From Macrostomum lignano (Eukaryota), in the NCBI GenBank assembly GCA_002269645.1, contig NIVC01000208.1:124001-188000 (forward strand): a DNA stretch of 64,000 nt, read 5' to 3'. The translations under genes were made by a program, and so were the position numbers. How positions within the stretch are numbered: the first letter of the stretch is position 1; the number at the start of each line of letters is the position of its first letter. Of the stretch, positions 15,549 through 28,335 are shown piece by piece. The notes below the pieces were generated by a model that ran no database searches, was not told the DNA's origin, and saw only the letters and a program-made list of their open reading frames with translations.

Positions 15549-17872
15549 TTGTTAAACAGTGCAAGTCGAGAGCAAAGAGTTTGCGAGGCGAGACGAAAGT
15601 GCCAAGAGCACTGGCATACAACGATATTATAAGCGACGTTTATTAGCAGCCCCCCCCCCAACACAAGGGCTAAAACACCTACAGTGTAGATTAAAGTCAC
15701 GATAGAGCAGAGACGTGCAAAGAGCGTGAGCACAAACAAAGGGCGCACGTACAGGGTTAAAATCACAAACGATACACGGAATAAAAGCCCACGCCCAACC
15801 CCCCACGCAGCAGGCCCAACACCTTTCTTTACTAATCTTGTATTATTTCTCCTTTCCACTCTCATCTGGCCCGCAGCCATGAGCTGGACTCTTCATCTGG
15901 CCTTTGAGGTAAAATTCTGCCGACCCCTGCTCCGATAGCCAGTTTTTGGGACGTACTCTCATGGTTGCTTCATTCCGTTAGCCGCTTGCTGACTGCTTTG
16001 GACACGTCATCTTTCTGGCCAATTTGCAGCCCGATAGGAATTTGTGTATTACCACTGGTGATCTCTGGTCATCACCAGCTCCAGTGCAGTCTGCTGCAGT
16101 CTAACAAATTCAAGGAAATGCACATTTCTTTGAAGGTCATTTAATTTTTAAAGTACCTTTAGGTGAAACTTGGTGTCAAAATTTCGATGATGTACCTAAC
16201 TTAGTCAGATTGTGTTGTAATCGCTTTTTCATAAATGTTTCGATTTTAGTTTTACAATAACCATGATGCTGCATTGCCTTGATTTGCCATCCACTGGTGA
16301 ACTGCTGCAGAGTTTGCTGCCTAGGTTAGAATTTCTCACTAAACTGTCATGGCTAAACGTAGCCTCTCCACGAAGGTGCAGAGAAGGCTATATATAAAGT
16401 CATTCCAAAACATTGTACATTGCTATGTACATTCAGCCCTATCGCCTGACCCTTGGTGAGCGGGAGCGGGAATGTATGGGTGAGCGGCCTAACACCAGAA
16501 AAAGCAGAAAAACTTCACATTTTACTGTTTCTGTTTTGATTAAGTTACAGAGTCGAGACTTTATATTTAGACAGAGAATGAGTCAATGAAGAATTGTGTC
16601 AAGTTTGAAGTCAATCGCTTAACGTAGAGCAAACTTATGGAAGCCGAATTTTTAGTCAATTTTGAAAACCCATTTTTCCACACCTGGCCATGCCAGATAA
16701 GGGGGAGAGAGAGGCGGAGATTAGGGTGGTTGTCTCTCTGACAAAAAGCAGACAAAGTTTAAAAGTGCACAGCGCCGTTCAAGATTAACTCTGAGATTTT
16801 TAAATTTTACACGATTGTGTCAAAATAGTTGAAAAATTTTTGGTTGAAATGTGAAGATTGGTAAAACTGGAGCGGCGCTATTGAGGATTTAGTAAAAAAT
16901 CGCGCATTTTGAGCAGTTTTTTTTCACTTTTAGGTAGAAAGACTTGGATTTAGGAAACTTTAAGGTAGCCTAAGAAATTTTCCGTAGTGTATGAAGTTAG
17001 GGTGGTGTGACAGTTTGTGTAATTTGGTTTAGCGGTTTGGAAGTCCATAGTCAACAAGATTGTGTAGAGAGTTATTAAACCATACCGCAATGCCCTACTT
17101 AGAGTAATATTCTAAGAAATTCAATTTATTCTAGAATGAGTCATATCTATTTTTAGGAATCATGCGCAAACAGAGTGATTTGGAACCCCACGTGGGACCC
17201 CACGGTTTCATCAAGGAACCGGTTTCCAACAGCTGTATTTGCTTAACCCCATATATGGTAATGCTCAAACATACATGACAGCTTAATCAAGTATGAGTGA
17301 CCTAAGTAAATATCCGACCCCAAACCGGTTTTTCCCCAAAAGTTTGCTATAAATATAAGTGAAAATCCGAGTAAAAAAATCAGACTCAGAGCGGTCTCTA
17401 AGAAGACTCCGAAGGAACAAAGAATAAGACCAATCTCTGAGGGACCACACTTGTCTAATTGGAAAGCGCTTACCAGCTTTAGTTCTTTCATTGTTAGCGT
17501 TAATAAGTTGATTAATTGAGTTTAGGAGAGCCGTTTATTGTCGGAACATTTGAGAAAGGCCTCCTTGTTTCCTAGGATATATTAATAGAGGATTTATTGA
17601 TTTAATTGACTTATCCGTTACGTTTCGGACGTAACGAAAAAAACGCCCTTCAGGAGGACCTGTCACAGAAACTCGATCGATTCGATTGTTCTTTAGGGCG
17701 CACGTTCTATTGTTAATTCCGAGCTCGAGGACCGTCAAGAAGTTCTGATTCGCTCTCGTTTTTGGTCAACCCCCAGATAAAAGTCGAGGACTCCCGGAGG
17801 TAACGAGTCACCAAGCCAAACCAAGCCGTCTACAAGCCACTAAGGATCCGCTGCAGTAAGAGCTATTTGACA

Positions 17873-18233
17873 TTTTTTTTAGAGGCAGGGGGGCTGTGTG
17901 CACCCTGGCGCAATTTAAGCGTCATTGGCACACAACCGGCGAGAGGCATTACTGCCCATTCCGCCGACTCCCCTGAGCAGGCATACAAGCGCGCGGATAC
18001 GTTACGCAGGCACACACTCACACAGGAGTGTACAGCGGCCCTAACTTTTATCAATTGTTAGGCATGTACACTTTACTGCGCCTTGGGGGGTTGGCTCTCA
18101 AGGCCGTTAATTGCACGAGCAGAGCCAAGCCGAGATTCCAATCCAGCCCCAAATTAATGTGGCTGCACTTGGAATCGAGCCTGGGTCGCGGCACACCAGA
18201 GCAGCTGCGCTACCGCTGGGCTACGGCCCCCCC
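17873..18233 (-). mobile_element. tRNA-derived SINE family 2, full length, 11-bp TSD
   Basis: Reverse complement of 38997-39358. TSD GCTATTTGACA at 17862-17872 and 18234-18244. Poly(A) tail appears as a T-run at 17873-17880. Confidence 0.85.
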
Positions 18234-19076
18234 GCTATTTGACATTACTAATACCTAGGCACTTGTTCCCAGTGTCTAGAAGTGGGGGTTTTTGAGTGAC
18301 TGATCACCACTCTTAAACTCTTCAATTGCACACACACACAGTTTTTATTTTTATAGTTAGAGAAGATTGATTTTCATAGAGCTTTCCGTCTAGAAGCCAA
18401 AAGCAGGCACTGAAAGACAGCTGAGCACACAGATTTATTCCGCTCGTCCACAAAAAACCTCCAGAAATCCTCTGGTAGGAAAAAAAGACGAGCGGCTTGC
18501 ATGGGACATCCGAGTGCTTTCAGTATTTATTAGTTCGTAATTAGCCGGAATTGAAAACCTTTTGAGTTGTCTGAGTGCAAAGTCAGTAGCAGTTAAAGAT
18601 TCAATAATCAGTTAAAAAACAGTTCAGTTTGACGTGATTTCAGGAAGAAAACAGCAAAATGGTTTCTAAGCATGAAAGCGAAGCTGATCAGAAATATAAC
18701 AAATTTTGAGTGAAAGTCACAACGATTCGCCTTGAAATCGCTTGGGTTTCAAGCTATGCACTTTAAAATGCGCATAATCTACTAGTGATGAGAAGTTGGT
18801 GAGTAGTTAAATTTACATGTAACTCAACTCTAAAGTCCAGCACTAGTCACTATGTTCTCATCCCAAGCAGTAGTATTGTGCGAATATGTTTGAATTCAAA
18901 GTTCTGCGAATTAAGGTATTGAAACTGATTAATTGGTTCAACAGCATAATGTATAAATTGATTACATATAGAAGAGCGTTTTAATCAGATTAAGGGTTGT
19001 GAATATCCTAAACAGTGACCGTCAGAGTTAAAGTATTACTGGCCAAACCCCACTTCAACAAGCGGTTGCAGCGGCA

Positions 19077-20583
19077 TCAGGTGCCCGAGTCGCAGGCGGC
19101 CGACTCCAGAAGCACGGACACGAAGCCCTGGTCGCCGGTCCAGGTGCCGCCGAACACACAGCCGCCCCTGCAGAAGGAGCCGCCGCCGCCGCCGCTGTGG
19201 CCGTAGCCCAGTCCGGCTCCGCCACCGCTGAAGCCACCGCCAGCTCCAGGGGCACCTCTCAGTGAGCTGGTCCTGCTGCCGCCTCCGCCGCCTCCTCCGA
19301 AGCCTCCATGGCAGACGCTGCCGTTTCCGGCGCTGCCGCCGACCCAGCCATCGGCCAGACTGCCGCCTCTGTCTCCGTCCGAGGAGCTCCGTCTGGGGCT
19401 AACGGCCTTGCCGAGCCAGCCGGCGCCGCAGCCGCCGTAGTTGCTATTGCTTGGGGTGTCAGCGGGGTTGTTGTAGCCCGGCTGACCGTTGGTGCCGCCG
19501 AATCCCGCGAAGGGGGCGTGGCTACCCAGGCTGTCGGAACCGTTTATCCCAGTCTCTCCTGGTTTTCCTGCGGTGAAATCAGCCAAACTGCTTATCCGAG
19601 TGGATTTTGCTTATCATATTTTACAATTTCTAGCAACTGCAGCTACTAAGCTCACCATTTGTAAAGCTGGAAGCACCGCCGCCTCCGCCGGCAGCCAGCA
19701 GCGGCAGCTGCTGGTCACCCGTCCGGTACACGAAGCTGCCGCCGCCTCCGCCGCCTCCTTCGTAATCCAACGACGTCGAGCCACCCATCTGGCCCACAAC
19801 GATGCTCAGCTGGGTACCGGCCGTCAGGTTGACTCTGGCGCTCACCTGGGCTCCCTGGCCTCCGGATGTGTTCGTCAGCAAGTTTCCGCCACCTCTGGCG
19901 CCGGCAGCTTTGATCAGGTAGCAGCCGGTCGTGTTGATGAGGACGCATTGGATTGAGCCGTTTCTACCTGTGCTGCTGTCTGCAATGGGACCGCGTCAGC
20001 GAGTTACAAAACTGGAGTGAATGCAATTTCTGTCTGTGCCAAATAATGGTTACCACTCAACACTAAGACTATGCATTGATGACTCACTCCGAAGCTGCAC
20101 TGCAGGCGAAGGCCAGTCGCTGTCGTCCGCCTTCCACACCTTCGCACCGACCTGAGATCCGATGACTTGCTGCACCTGATCTGCTGAGATTGACAGCTTG
20201 GCGGTTGTTATGGTGACCATCTCGCACATGGCATTGCTCTCCACAGAGACGGCACCGCTGCAGTTCACCCTCTGGCACTTTGCTAGACAGTCGATTACAT
20301 TAGTAGCCTTGGTTGTTGTCGTGACGTTGTTGTAGGCGTTCAGAACGGCTTCCAGCATGTGAAGCTGCTGCTCTGAGCACACAGAATAGGTCCGCGAACT
20401 GTCGCCTTGTACTCGAAGCACGAGAGAGCAGCAAACTGCGTTTGGGCAATGAAGTCAGTATAGAACAGAGTGCAATTAAAAGCTTTAATTTAGACGGTCT
20501 TAAATATGATTAACTAATGAGCTGCATTTTAGTCACTTACCGAATAGAAAAGCAAGTTTTAATGACAAGCATTGCTCAGCCAT
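19077..20583 (-). CDS. Secreted PAN-like + ALK/LTK-type glycine-rich domain protein, copy G2 (401 aa, 4 exons)
   Basis: Exons 20583-20541, 20435-20088, 19979-19656 and 19567-19077 total 1206 nt in frame. Donors are gtaagt, gtgagt and gtgagc; intron 3 is 88 bp as in G1. Signal peptide MAEQCLSLKLAFLFVCCSLVLRVQG; same motifs as G1. Confidence 0.85.
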
Positions 20584-21164
20584 GGCACTGCAGAGCTAGT
20601 AAGATTATTTTCGCTTTCAAATTCTTGTGATTCTAATTGTAGGACGATACAATTTTTGGAAATTCTTCAGCAGTGATTTGGCAACCGGGTTGCGACCGGG
20701 TTTTTTATGAGCTGCTGTCGGATGGCAATTCCATTGGGACAGGGGAGAAAGTCTGTGAAAGGCGGGATCGCAGCCAATCGTAGAGAGCAGACTTCTTGGC
20801 TCTCATGCGCTTCATTTTAGTCGATAGTCTGGGGGCGGGCTTCTCTGCTTGAGTTCCTTTGTTTCGGAGCTTTCTCCTGAGATCAAAGACATTGCTGCCT
20901 GTATTTACTCAGAGTTTATATTTAAAAGATTTTTACTTTATCTTTGACAAAAATGCTTTAAAACTTCAAACAGTGTTCACACATCCAATTAGTTTACTAT
21001 CAGAGCTTTCTTGGTCTCCGTTCTGGGATTTAACTGCAAAGAAGGAAGAAATGTGTTTGGTAAAACAAGTTTTACTCGCTAAAAGCTTCGCACCGTCAAG
21101 TCACTCACTAGCATCTCAGCAACTCCGCAGTGAGCATTGGTATAATGTTTCTTTGATGTTTGAC

Positions 21165-22150
21165 GTGACGCTTCTTTTACGTTTGACGTGACGCTTCTTT
21201 TACGCTTGACGTGACGCTTCTTTTATGTTTGACGTGACGCTTCTTTTATGTTCGACGTGACGCTTCTTTTATGTTGGACGTGACGCTTCTTTTATGTTTG
21301 ACGTGACGCTTCTTTTATGTTGGACGTGACGCTTCTTTTATGTTCGACGTGACGCTTCTTTTATGTTGGACGTGACGCTTCTTTTACGTTTGACGTGACG
21401 CTTCTTTTACGCTTGACGTGACGCTTCTTTTATGTTTGACGTGACGCTTCTTTTATGTTCGACGTGACGCTTCTTTTGTTTGACGTGACGCTTCTTTTAT
21501 GTTGGACGTGACGCTTCTACGTTTCTTTTATGTTTGACATGACGCTTCTTTTATGTTCGACGTGACGCTTCTTTTATGTTCGACGTGACGCTTCTTTTAT
21601 GTTTGACATGACGCTTCTTTTATGTTCGACGTGACGCTTCTTTTATGTTCGACGTGACGCTTCTTTTATGTTTGACATGACGCTTCTTTTATGTTCGACG
21701 TGACGCTTCTTTTGTTTGACGTGACGCTTCTTTTATGTTGGACGTGACGCTTCTACGTTTCTTTTATGTTTGACAGGACGCTTCTTTTATGTTCGACGTG
21801 ACGCTTCTTTTATGTTCGACGTGACGCTTCTTTTATGTTTGACATGACGCTTCTTTTATGTTCGACGTGACGCTTCTTTTATGTTCGACGTGACGCTTCT
21901 TTTATGTTCGACGTGACGCTTCTTTTATGTTTGACATGACGCTTCTTTTATGTTCGACGTGACGCTTCTTTTATGTTCGACGTGACGCTTCTTTTATGTT
22001 CGACGTGACGCTTCTTTTATGTTGGTCATGACGCTTCTTTTATGTTCGACGTGACGCTTCTACGTTTCTTTTATGTTTGACATGACGATTCTTTTATGTT
22101 CCGACGTGACGTTTCTACGCATCTTTTATGTTCGATGTGATGCTTCTTTT
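21165..22150. repeat. 23-bp minisatellite (GTTTGACGTGACGCTTCTTTTAT), about 42 copies
   Basis: Tandem units are directly visible. Confidence 0.95.
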
Positions 22151-22697
22151 ATGTTTTTTCTTTCCTTGAGTTTTCGTCACATTATAAAAGCTTTAAATAG
22201 AAACATTGCACTCAAAATTCGAACCTTTGTCGCTGCATTAGCAGTTCAGCCTTGCCACATCTGGGCTAGCTCTCATCGAATCGATCTATTTATTGGCATT
22301 AGCATCTCAGCAACTGCCCCACGAGCCCTGGCATCTCCCTAATCCTAACTATAGCTCTTCCCTAGAGCCATAACTATAATTTTTGGGAATCCAGACAGAA
22401 TTTTTTAAGATTTTCGCTTAAGATGATAAAATTCAACTTCGGTAGCAACAGCAAATTTGTTCGGACATTCTGCCTTGAGACGGAACGTCCTGGTTGCATA
22501 ATTACCTGGTTTTATAATATCGATTGATATTAAGATATTAAAAATCAGCTTTAAGGGGTTTACAAAAGAAAAAAGAAAAATCTACAAATTTTCAATTCGT
22601 CTAATTTTTTAGTCAAAAACGTAAATTTTTTTCGCATTAATTTAAATTCGAACATTTTCAGTAAAGATTTAATATAGACCTAAGCATACTTACATAC

Positions 22698-23072
<375 letters not shown>

Positions 23073-23777
23073 CGAAACCTAGGTTTTCAGGCAGAAAAGC
23101 TGGATAAAACTGCGTGGGTGCCAACTGCAGTGCACCGATCAGGTTCCACAAAGTAAATTTAGAGTGTGGAAATTGACAAACGTAGGGCTGCAGGTGGAGA
23201 ATAGAAAAATTAATACTAGATATGCTTTTTCTAGGAAGTAAAATGGCTTGTCGAAATTTGAGAGAGCTCTGGAAGATTTGCAGGCTTATGACAACAGTGC
23301 GATTTTACTGATTATATCTTCATGATAGCAGTTAAACCATAAAGCAGAAAATTCAGCTTATCTGCCAGAATAAATAGACAGAGGAAAATACCCGGAAACC
23401 CAGAGTCTGCTACTTAAACTGACTATATGATGCACTTGACTTGGTCTTTTGGTAACCCTGATTTGGCTGATCGCCACTTGAATTGAATATGTCGAACTTG
23501 AAATGAGTTACGAGCGTATTTATGAGCTTATTAAGTTGGCTATTTTGCTACTTTTTCTACTAGTCCGTTCGATGATTAAAGAATAAAAAATGGATTTCAA
23601 CAAAAGTACGCATGTAAAGTACTTTTTTGTAGGTAAGGAATACCAGCCTCTCCTGCATTACCTAGAAATGTGACACCGGAAATATGAACAGATAACCTAC
23701 CAATATTAAATTAAAATCAAATTGATGAACTTTATATTATCAAAGATTTTTCTCTTGAAAACATCTCGAAGAACATA

Positions 23778-23851
23778 CTGACGCAGTCCAGGGGTCTCCA
23801 CAGCGCCAAATACTGAGCGGCAGTAGCCAGATACCAAGTGCCGTCTCGCTT
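23778..23851 (-). pseudogene. P3: isolated ~75-bp fragment of the PAN exon 3' end
   Basis: ctgacgcagtccaggggtctccacagcgccaaatactgagcggcagtagccagataccaagtgccgtctcgctt matches [22 protein letters not shown] of the paralogues. Confidence 0.8.
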
Positions 23852-23994
23852 TAGTGCAAATCAGGCATTCTGATTCAGTGACTTTGTTTTTGCAATCTTA
23901 TTTCCCAAAGTCTCAGCCTACTGCTGGTATATTGTTAACGAAATTTGAACGCCTTTCTAGATTAATGTTTGATACTGTGCTGTAGCCTAGCCTA

Positions 23995-24312
23995 GGGGGT
24001 TGTAGCTTAGCGGTTAAAGCGTCGGAATCACGACTTTAAGGTCGCGGGTTCGATTCCCGATTTCACTGGGACAATTCGTGTCCTTGAGAAAGACACTTAA
24101 CTCTGCATTGCTTCAGTTCACCCAGCTGTAAAATGGGTGCCAGCATTAGCTGGGGTACGCTCGTAATTGAGGCTGTGTGGGGCGACCCCCCAGTCCTTGG
24201 AATGAACAGCCGTACGCAGCCTTCAGATGCGCCGCGCAATAGCTGCGGCTGAGCTGTCGGTTGCACATCTGGCCCAATCGGGGCAGGTGTAATCAATTAT
24301 TATTAATTATTA
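23995..24312 (+). mobile_element. tRNA-derived SINE with CORE-like central domain
   Basis: A box TAGCTTAGCGG and B box GGTTCGATTCC, then gtgtccttgagaaagacacttaactctgcattgcttcagttcacccagctgtaaaatggg, which resembles the MIR/CORE consensus (recalled, not searched). (ATT)n tail. Confidence 0.75.
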
Positions 24313-24974
24313 CTCGTGTTATATTTATAATGATGATAATAGTAATGAATTGATAATACGTACATCACCCCCCTGCCCCGCGTTGTCGTTGAAACCCCCC
24401 CTTTCTTTTGATTGGCTGAGGTTTGTTACATATTGTATTTTTGACCCTCTGGCGTGTCGCGATTGGCTTGGGGTGGATTGTTTGCGCTAATGCTGTCTGG
24501 CGTGGGACCCTAGGGCTTACGCCAGGCAGCCTAAATATAATGAGAATCGCTGGCGGGGAGCAGGGGGGCGCGCGGTCCTGCAACTCAAACTAGGCCATCA
24601 ATAGAATACCTTCTACCGAAAACTATCCACTAGCTAATCACGCAACCTGCTCTCCGCTGAGTCGTGCATACACTGAATTGATCATCGCCAGTAAGTTCGC
24701 GTGTTTGAGTTACTACTTTCGGAACTGTGCTGGGCTTGGCAACAGTACTTGGGAAGTTTAGGGACGGACTTTCGACGCTTCTTGACGCGACCTCCGCTCA
24801 GGATCGAAGCTCAGTCCGGCCAGCGGATTGAAGCGAACCCGCTCAATGCTCAGAAGCGAACAATGCTCAGACGGCCTGTCACAACAAAAATATTTCATGT
24901 ATACTTTTGTTTTAATTTTTATTCACGATATCTACAGCTTGCCTACTAACGAGTAGTATGTCAAACTCTTAGCG

Positions 24975-25231
24975 ATGAAGCCATTGTTGCGAATCTGCTG
25001 CCTGCTCAGCCTGCTGTCCGTCGCGTCCGGCGTCTGCGTCTGCTTCCGCGTCGTCTACGGTTGCCCCGGAAACGTGACCGACCTGTCTCGGAGTTCGAAA
25101 TTCTTGCACCTGCTCGGTGGAGTGCGCGGTGCAACCCAACTGCACCGCCGTGTTCAAGCGAGACGGCACCTGCTATCTGGCCACTGCCGCTCAGTATGAG
25201 GCGCTGTGGAGACCCCTGGACTGCATCAGCG
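24975..25231 (+). pseudogene. P4: PAN exon-1 pseudogene
   Basis: MKPLLRICCLLSLLSVASGVCVCFRVVYGCPGNVTDLS, then a frameshifting deletion. The downstream nucleotides still match [37 protein letters not shown]. No normal donor and no exon 2 found. Confidence 0.8.
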
Positions 25232-25379
25232 TGGTTTTTTTCTGCTTTATGGTAAACTTTTTTCATAAATAAACACAACTAATACCAGTTCATCCGATTG
25301 TCTTTTTAGGTAGTAGATTAACGGCCGACCTCTGCTAAGAATTCGAGCATGAAGTCTGTGGCTGATCAATTGCCCCCGC

Positions 25380-25958
25380 GGGGTGCCCTTGAATTTAGTA
25401 ACCGAAATTTAGTAACCGTGAATTTAGTACCGCCTGAATTTAGTACTGCCTGAATTTAGTACCGCCTGAATTTAGTACCGCCTGAATTTAGTACTGCCTG
25501 AATTTAGTACCGCTTGAATTTAGTACCGCCTGAATTTAGTAATGCTTGAATTTAGTAACGCAACAAATGGTGCAGCTGAGAGATATTCCCTATGTATTAG
25601 TACAATACTAATACATTAGTACTATACTAGTGTATTATACATAGTATACATGCATAGTATAATACATAGTATAATACATTAGTATAGTACTTCCTGAAGG
25701 AAAGGAAGTGAATATGAAGTGAAGGAAAGTTCTATTGTTCTGCAACTTCACTATATATATATTATACATTAGTTTTATACATAATATATTTTGTGCCTAC
25801 ATATATGTGCGTTACTAAATTCAGGCGTTACTAAATTCAGGCGTTACTAAATTCAGGCGTTACTAAATTCAGGCGGTACTAAATTTAGGCGGTACTAAAT
25901 TCAGGCAGTACTAAATTCACGGTTACTAAATTTCGGTTACTAAATTCACATAGACCCC
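25380..25958. mobile_element. Foldback-like MITE: long terminal inverted repeats made of 16-bp tandem units around an AT-rich core
   Basis: Left arm ggggt..gaatttagtaaccgaaatttagtaaccgtgaatttagtaccgcct(n) at 25380-25560. Right arm is its reverse complement at 25812-25958, ending acccc. No TSD seen. Confidence 0.75.
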
Positions 25959-26298
25959 TTTCTAATCAGGTTCAACTGCCCTGCCCCCACGCTGATTGCC
26001 TGAAATCTTGGGGGAAAAGCAACAACTAGAAGTCCCAGAAACATCCAGCGAAACATTGGTATTTTGATACGGTTTGGATCATAACCTGTTTTGTTAACAA
26101 ATTCCAAACTCAACTTTACACAGGTCCCTTTGATTATGGTCAATAGACATTGCTAATCTTCCGCGTAGGCCCGTGAATGTAAAACTGCGCATGTCTATTC
26201 TGTTAAAAAGCGTTTAAAAGGTATAATAAATATAAGGTTACCGAGACTTCAGTCTTTTCCATGCATCAAATTCTATAAGGACTGTATTCTCAAAGCAT

Positions 26299-27359
26299 TC
26301 AAAAAGTGTCAGCTGTTGTTGGAGCAGTGTCAGCTGTTGTTGGAGCAGTGTCAGCTGTTGTTAGAGCAATGTCAGCTGTTGTTGGAGCAGTGTCAGCTGT
26401 TGTTAGAGCAATATCAGCTGTTGTTGGAGCAGTGTCAGCTGTTGTTGTAGCACTGTCAGCTGTTGTTGGAGTAGTGTCAGCTGTTGTTGTAGCACTGTCA
26501 GCTGTTGTTGGAGTAGTGTCAGCTGTTGTTGTAGCACTGTCAGCTGTTGTTGGAGCAGTGTCAGCTGTTGTTGGAGCAGTGTCTGCTGTTGTTGGAGCAG
26601 TGTCAGCTGTTGTTGGAGCAGTGGTTGAGGCGGAGCAGTGGTGGTGGTTGAGCTGGAGCAGTGGTTGAGGCTGGAGCAGTGGTTGAGGCTGGAGCAGTGG
26701 TTGAGGCTGGAGCAGTGGTTGAGGCTGGAGCAGTGGTTGAGGCTGGAGCAGTGGTTGAGGCTGGAGCAGTGGTTGAGGCTGGAGCAGTGGTTGAGGCTGG
26801 AGCAGTGGTTGAGGCTGGAGCAGTGGTTGAGGCTAGAGCAGTGGTTGAGGCTGGAGCAGTGTCAGTCTCGGAACTTTTTTCCTCAGTAATCTTGGATAGA
26901 AGCCGATCCTCAACGACCTAAAAATGAGTGAAATTGACTCAAAAAATTCCGAAATCTCAACTTGTTTTAAAGAAATTGTTTCATTTGCAGGTAAAATACT
27001 TGTTGCATTACCCCAGCACGCACTTTTGCTTTTTTGCTGCAAAAATTATCTAAAAACAATTGAATCACAAGGCAAGAGATACCGACTGACCTGCAGTCCA
27101 GGGGTCTCCACAGCGCCTCATACTGAGCGGCAGTGGCCAGATAGCAGGTGCCGTCTCGCTTGAACACGGCGGTGCAGTTGGGTCGCATTGCGCACTCCAC
27201 AGAGCAGACGCGAGGGTCTCGAACTCCGTTGACCTGCGACACGTCGGTCACGTTTCCGGCGCAACCGTAGACGATGCGGAAGCGGACGCAGACTCCGGAC
27301 GCGAAGGACAGCAGGCTGAGCAGGCAGTAGGCCCGACCAAGCATACCGTAACGATTCAT
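26299..27359 (-). pseudogene. P5: PAN + ASTTAP and TAPTTAD mucin repeats, frameshifted
   Basis: Exon 1 27359-27091 lacks 7 nt at its end (TGCAG|gtcagt, phase 2 rather than phase 0). Exon 2 starts at 26917 (tttag|GTCGTTGAGGAT, VVEDRLL) with 18-bp then 21-bp repeats and two further 1-nt losses near 26630-26650. Stop at 26301-26299. Confidence 0.7.
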
Positions 27360-28335
27360 GTATGTGTAAGATTATTTTTCTTTAACTAGATCTAGTGTAT
27401 TAATTAATTGGGATAAACTGCATGTCGAACCTTACAGATTGAATGAGCGACTTTCGGCCGATGCTAGTAGCGAGAATTTAAAGCTTGCTGCAACGTTTAG
27501 GTTGAGCGAAACTTGTTTGCAGCGTTGTCTGGCATTCCTCTCTGAGCTTCGAAATGTATTTTTGGTCACGGATGCTGCTCTGTGCCTGTGCAGCATTGTC
27601 GCAACTGTCACACTGTAGGATTGGAGCGCATCATTTTCTGCTTGCTTAGAGAGGCGTGACAAGTAGCGCATGTCAATCCTGCAAACATGCATTGGGTTTT
27701 CATTGTTTCCACTTGGTTATAGACAAAAGCATTAAAACAAAGGCAATACTCTAGCAACAAAAATATGAAATTTGGAGACTTGCTCTTGAAACTAACAAAC
27801 AACTTTTTGCAAGAATTTCGTGCCCCTGATATAATTTCAATGCGTAAGCAAATACAGCAGCAGAAGCAGAAATTGACGTAGATTGTTTGCAAAGAAAAAT
27901 ACGAGCTAGTAGAAATTTCATTTTTGGCGAAAACTCAGAATTGCATACCCTTTTTTGTGATGATTCCTCATTTGCTTTGCCATAAACCATTAACAAAAAA
28001 ACTGCTAGAAGAAAATTTCTATCGTATGAGGTGTGACGTTGTTATCCGTCGATGTAATGTAAGAATACATATTTTTCATCGACGTCGATGTCGTCAAATT
28101 GCTGTACGGAAAAGTGGATGACATGATTTTGTTTTACCAAGATTGGGCTAAATTTGGGGAGCTCAAAAAACTAACATGGCATTTCGACCTGTCGGATATT
28201 TGATGTAACTCACTTTAGTAAGCTTGTTTTAAAGGCAAAGTCTGAATTACCTTTCGGAAGAAAATAATTTATAATACGTTTTTCCATCCAATAACGTTAA
28301 TTATCAAAAAACATTGCTCAATTACTTGTACTGGC

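Larger units (their letters stand above)
12640..20445. repeat. Segmental duplicate of ~900-4570 (P gene exon 1 and upstream region + G gene), expanded by insertions
   Basis: Colinear blocks: 943-1560 ~ 12705-13330; 1770-2040 ~ 14800-15060; 2170-2530 ~ 15915-16325; 2580-3700 ~ 18330-19560; 3800-4570 ~ 19670-20440. Inserts in the second copy at ~13330-14800, 15550-15915 and 16325-18330. Confidence 0.85.

Noticed and set aside
3136-19956. Plus-strand Pro/Ala-rich ORFs over the G genes
   Set aside because: Antisense shadows of GC-rich glycine codons; the minus strand has the coherent spliced gene.
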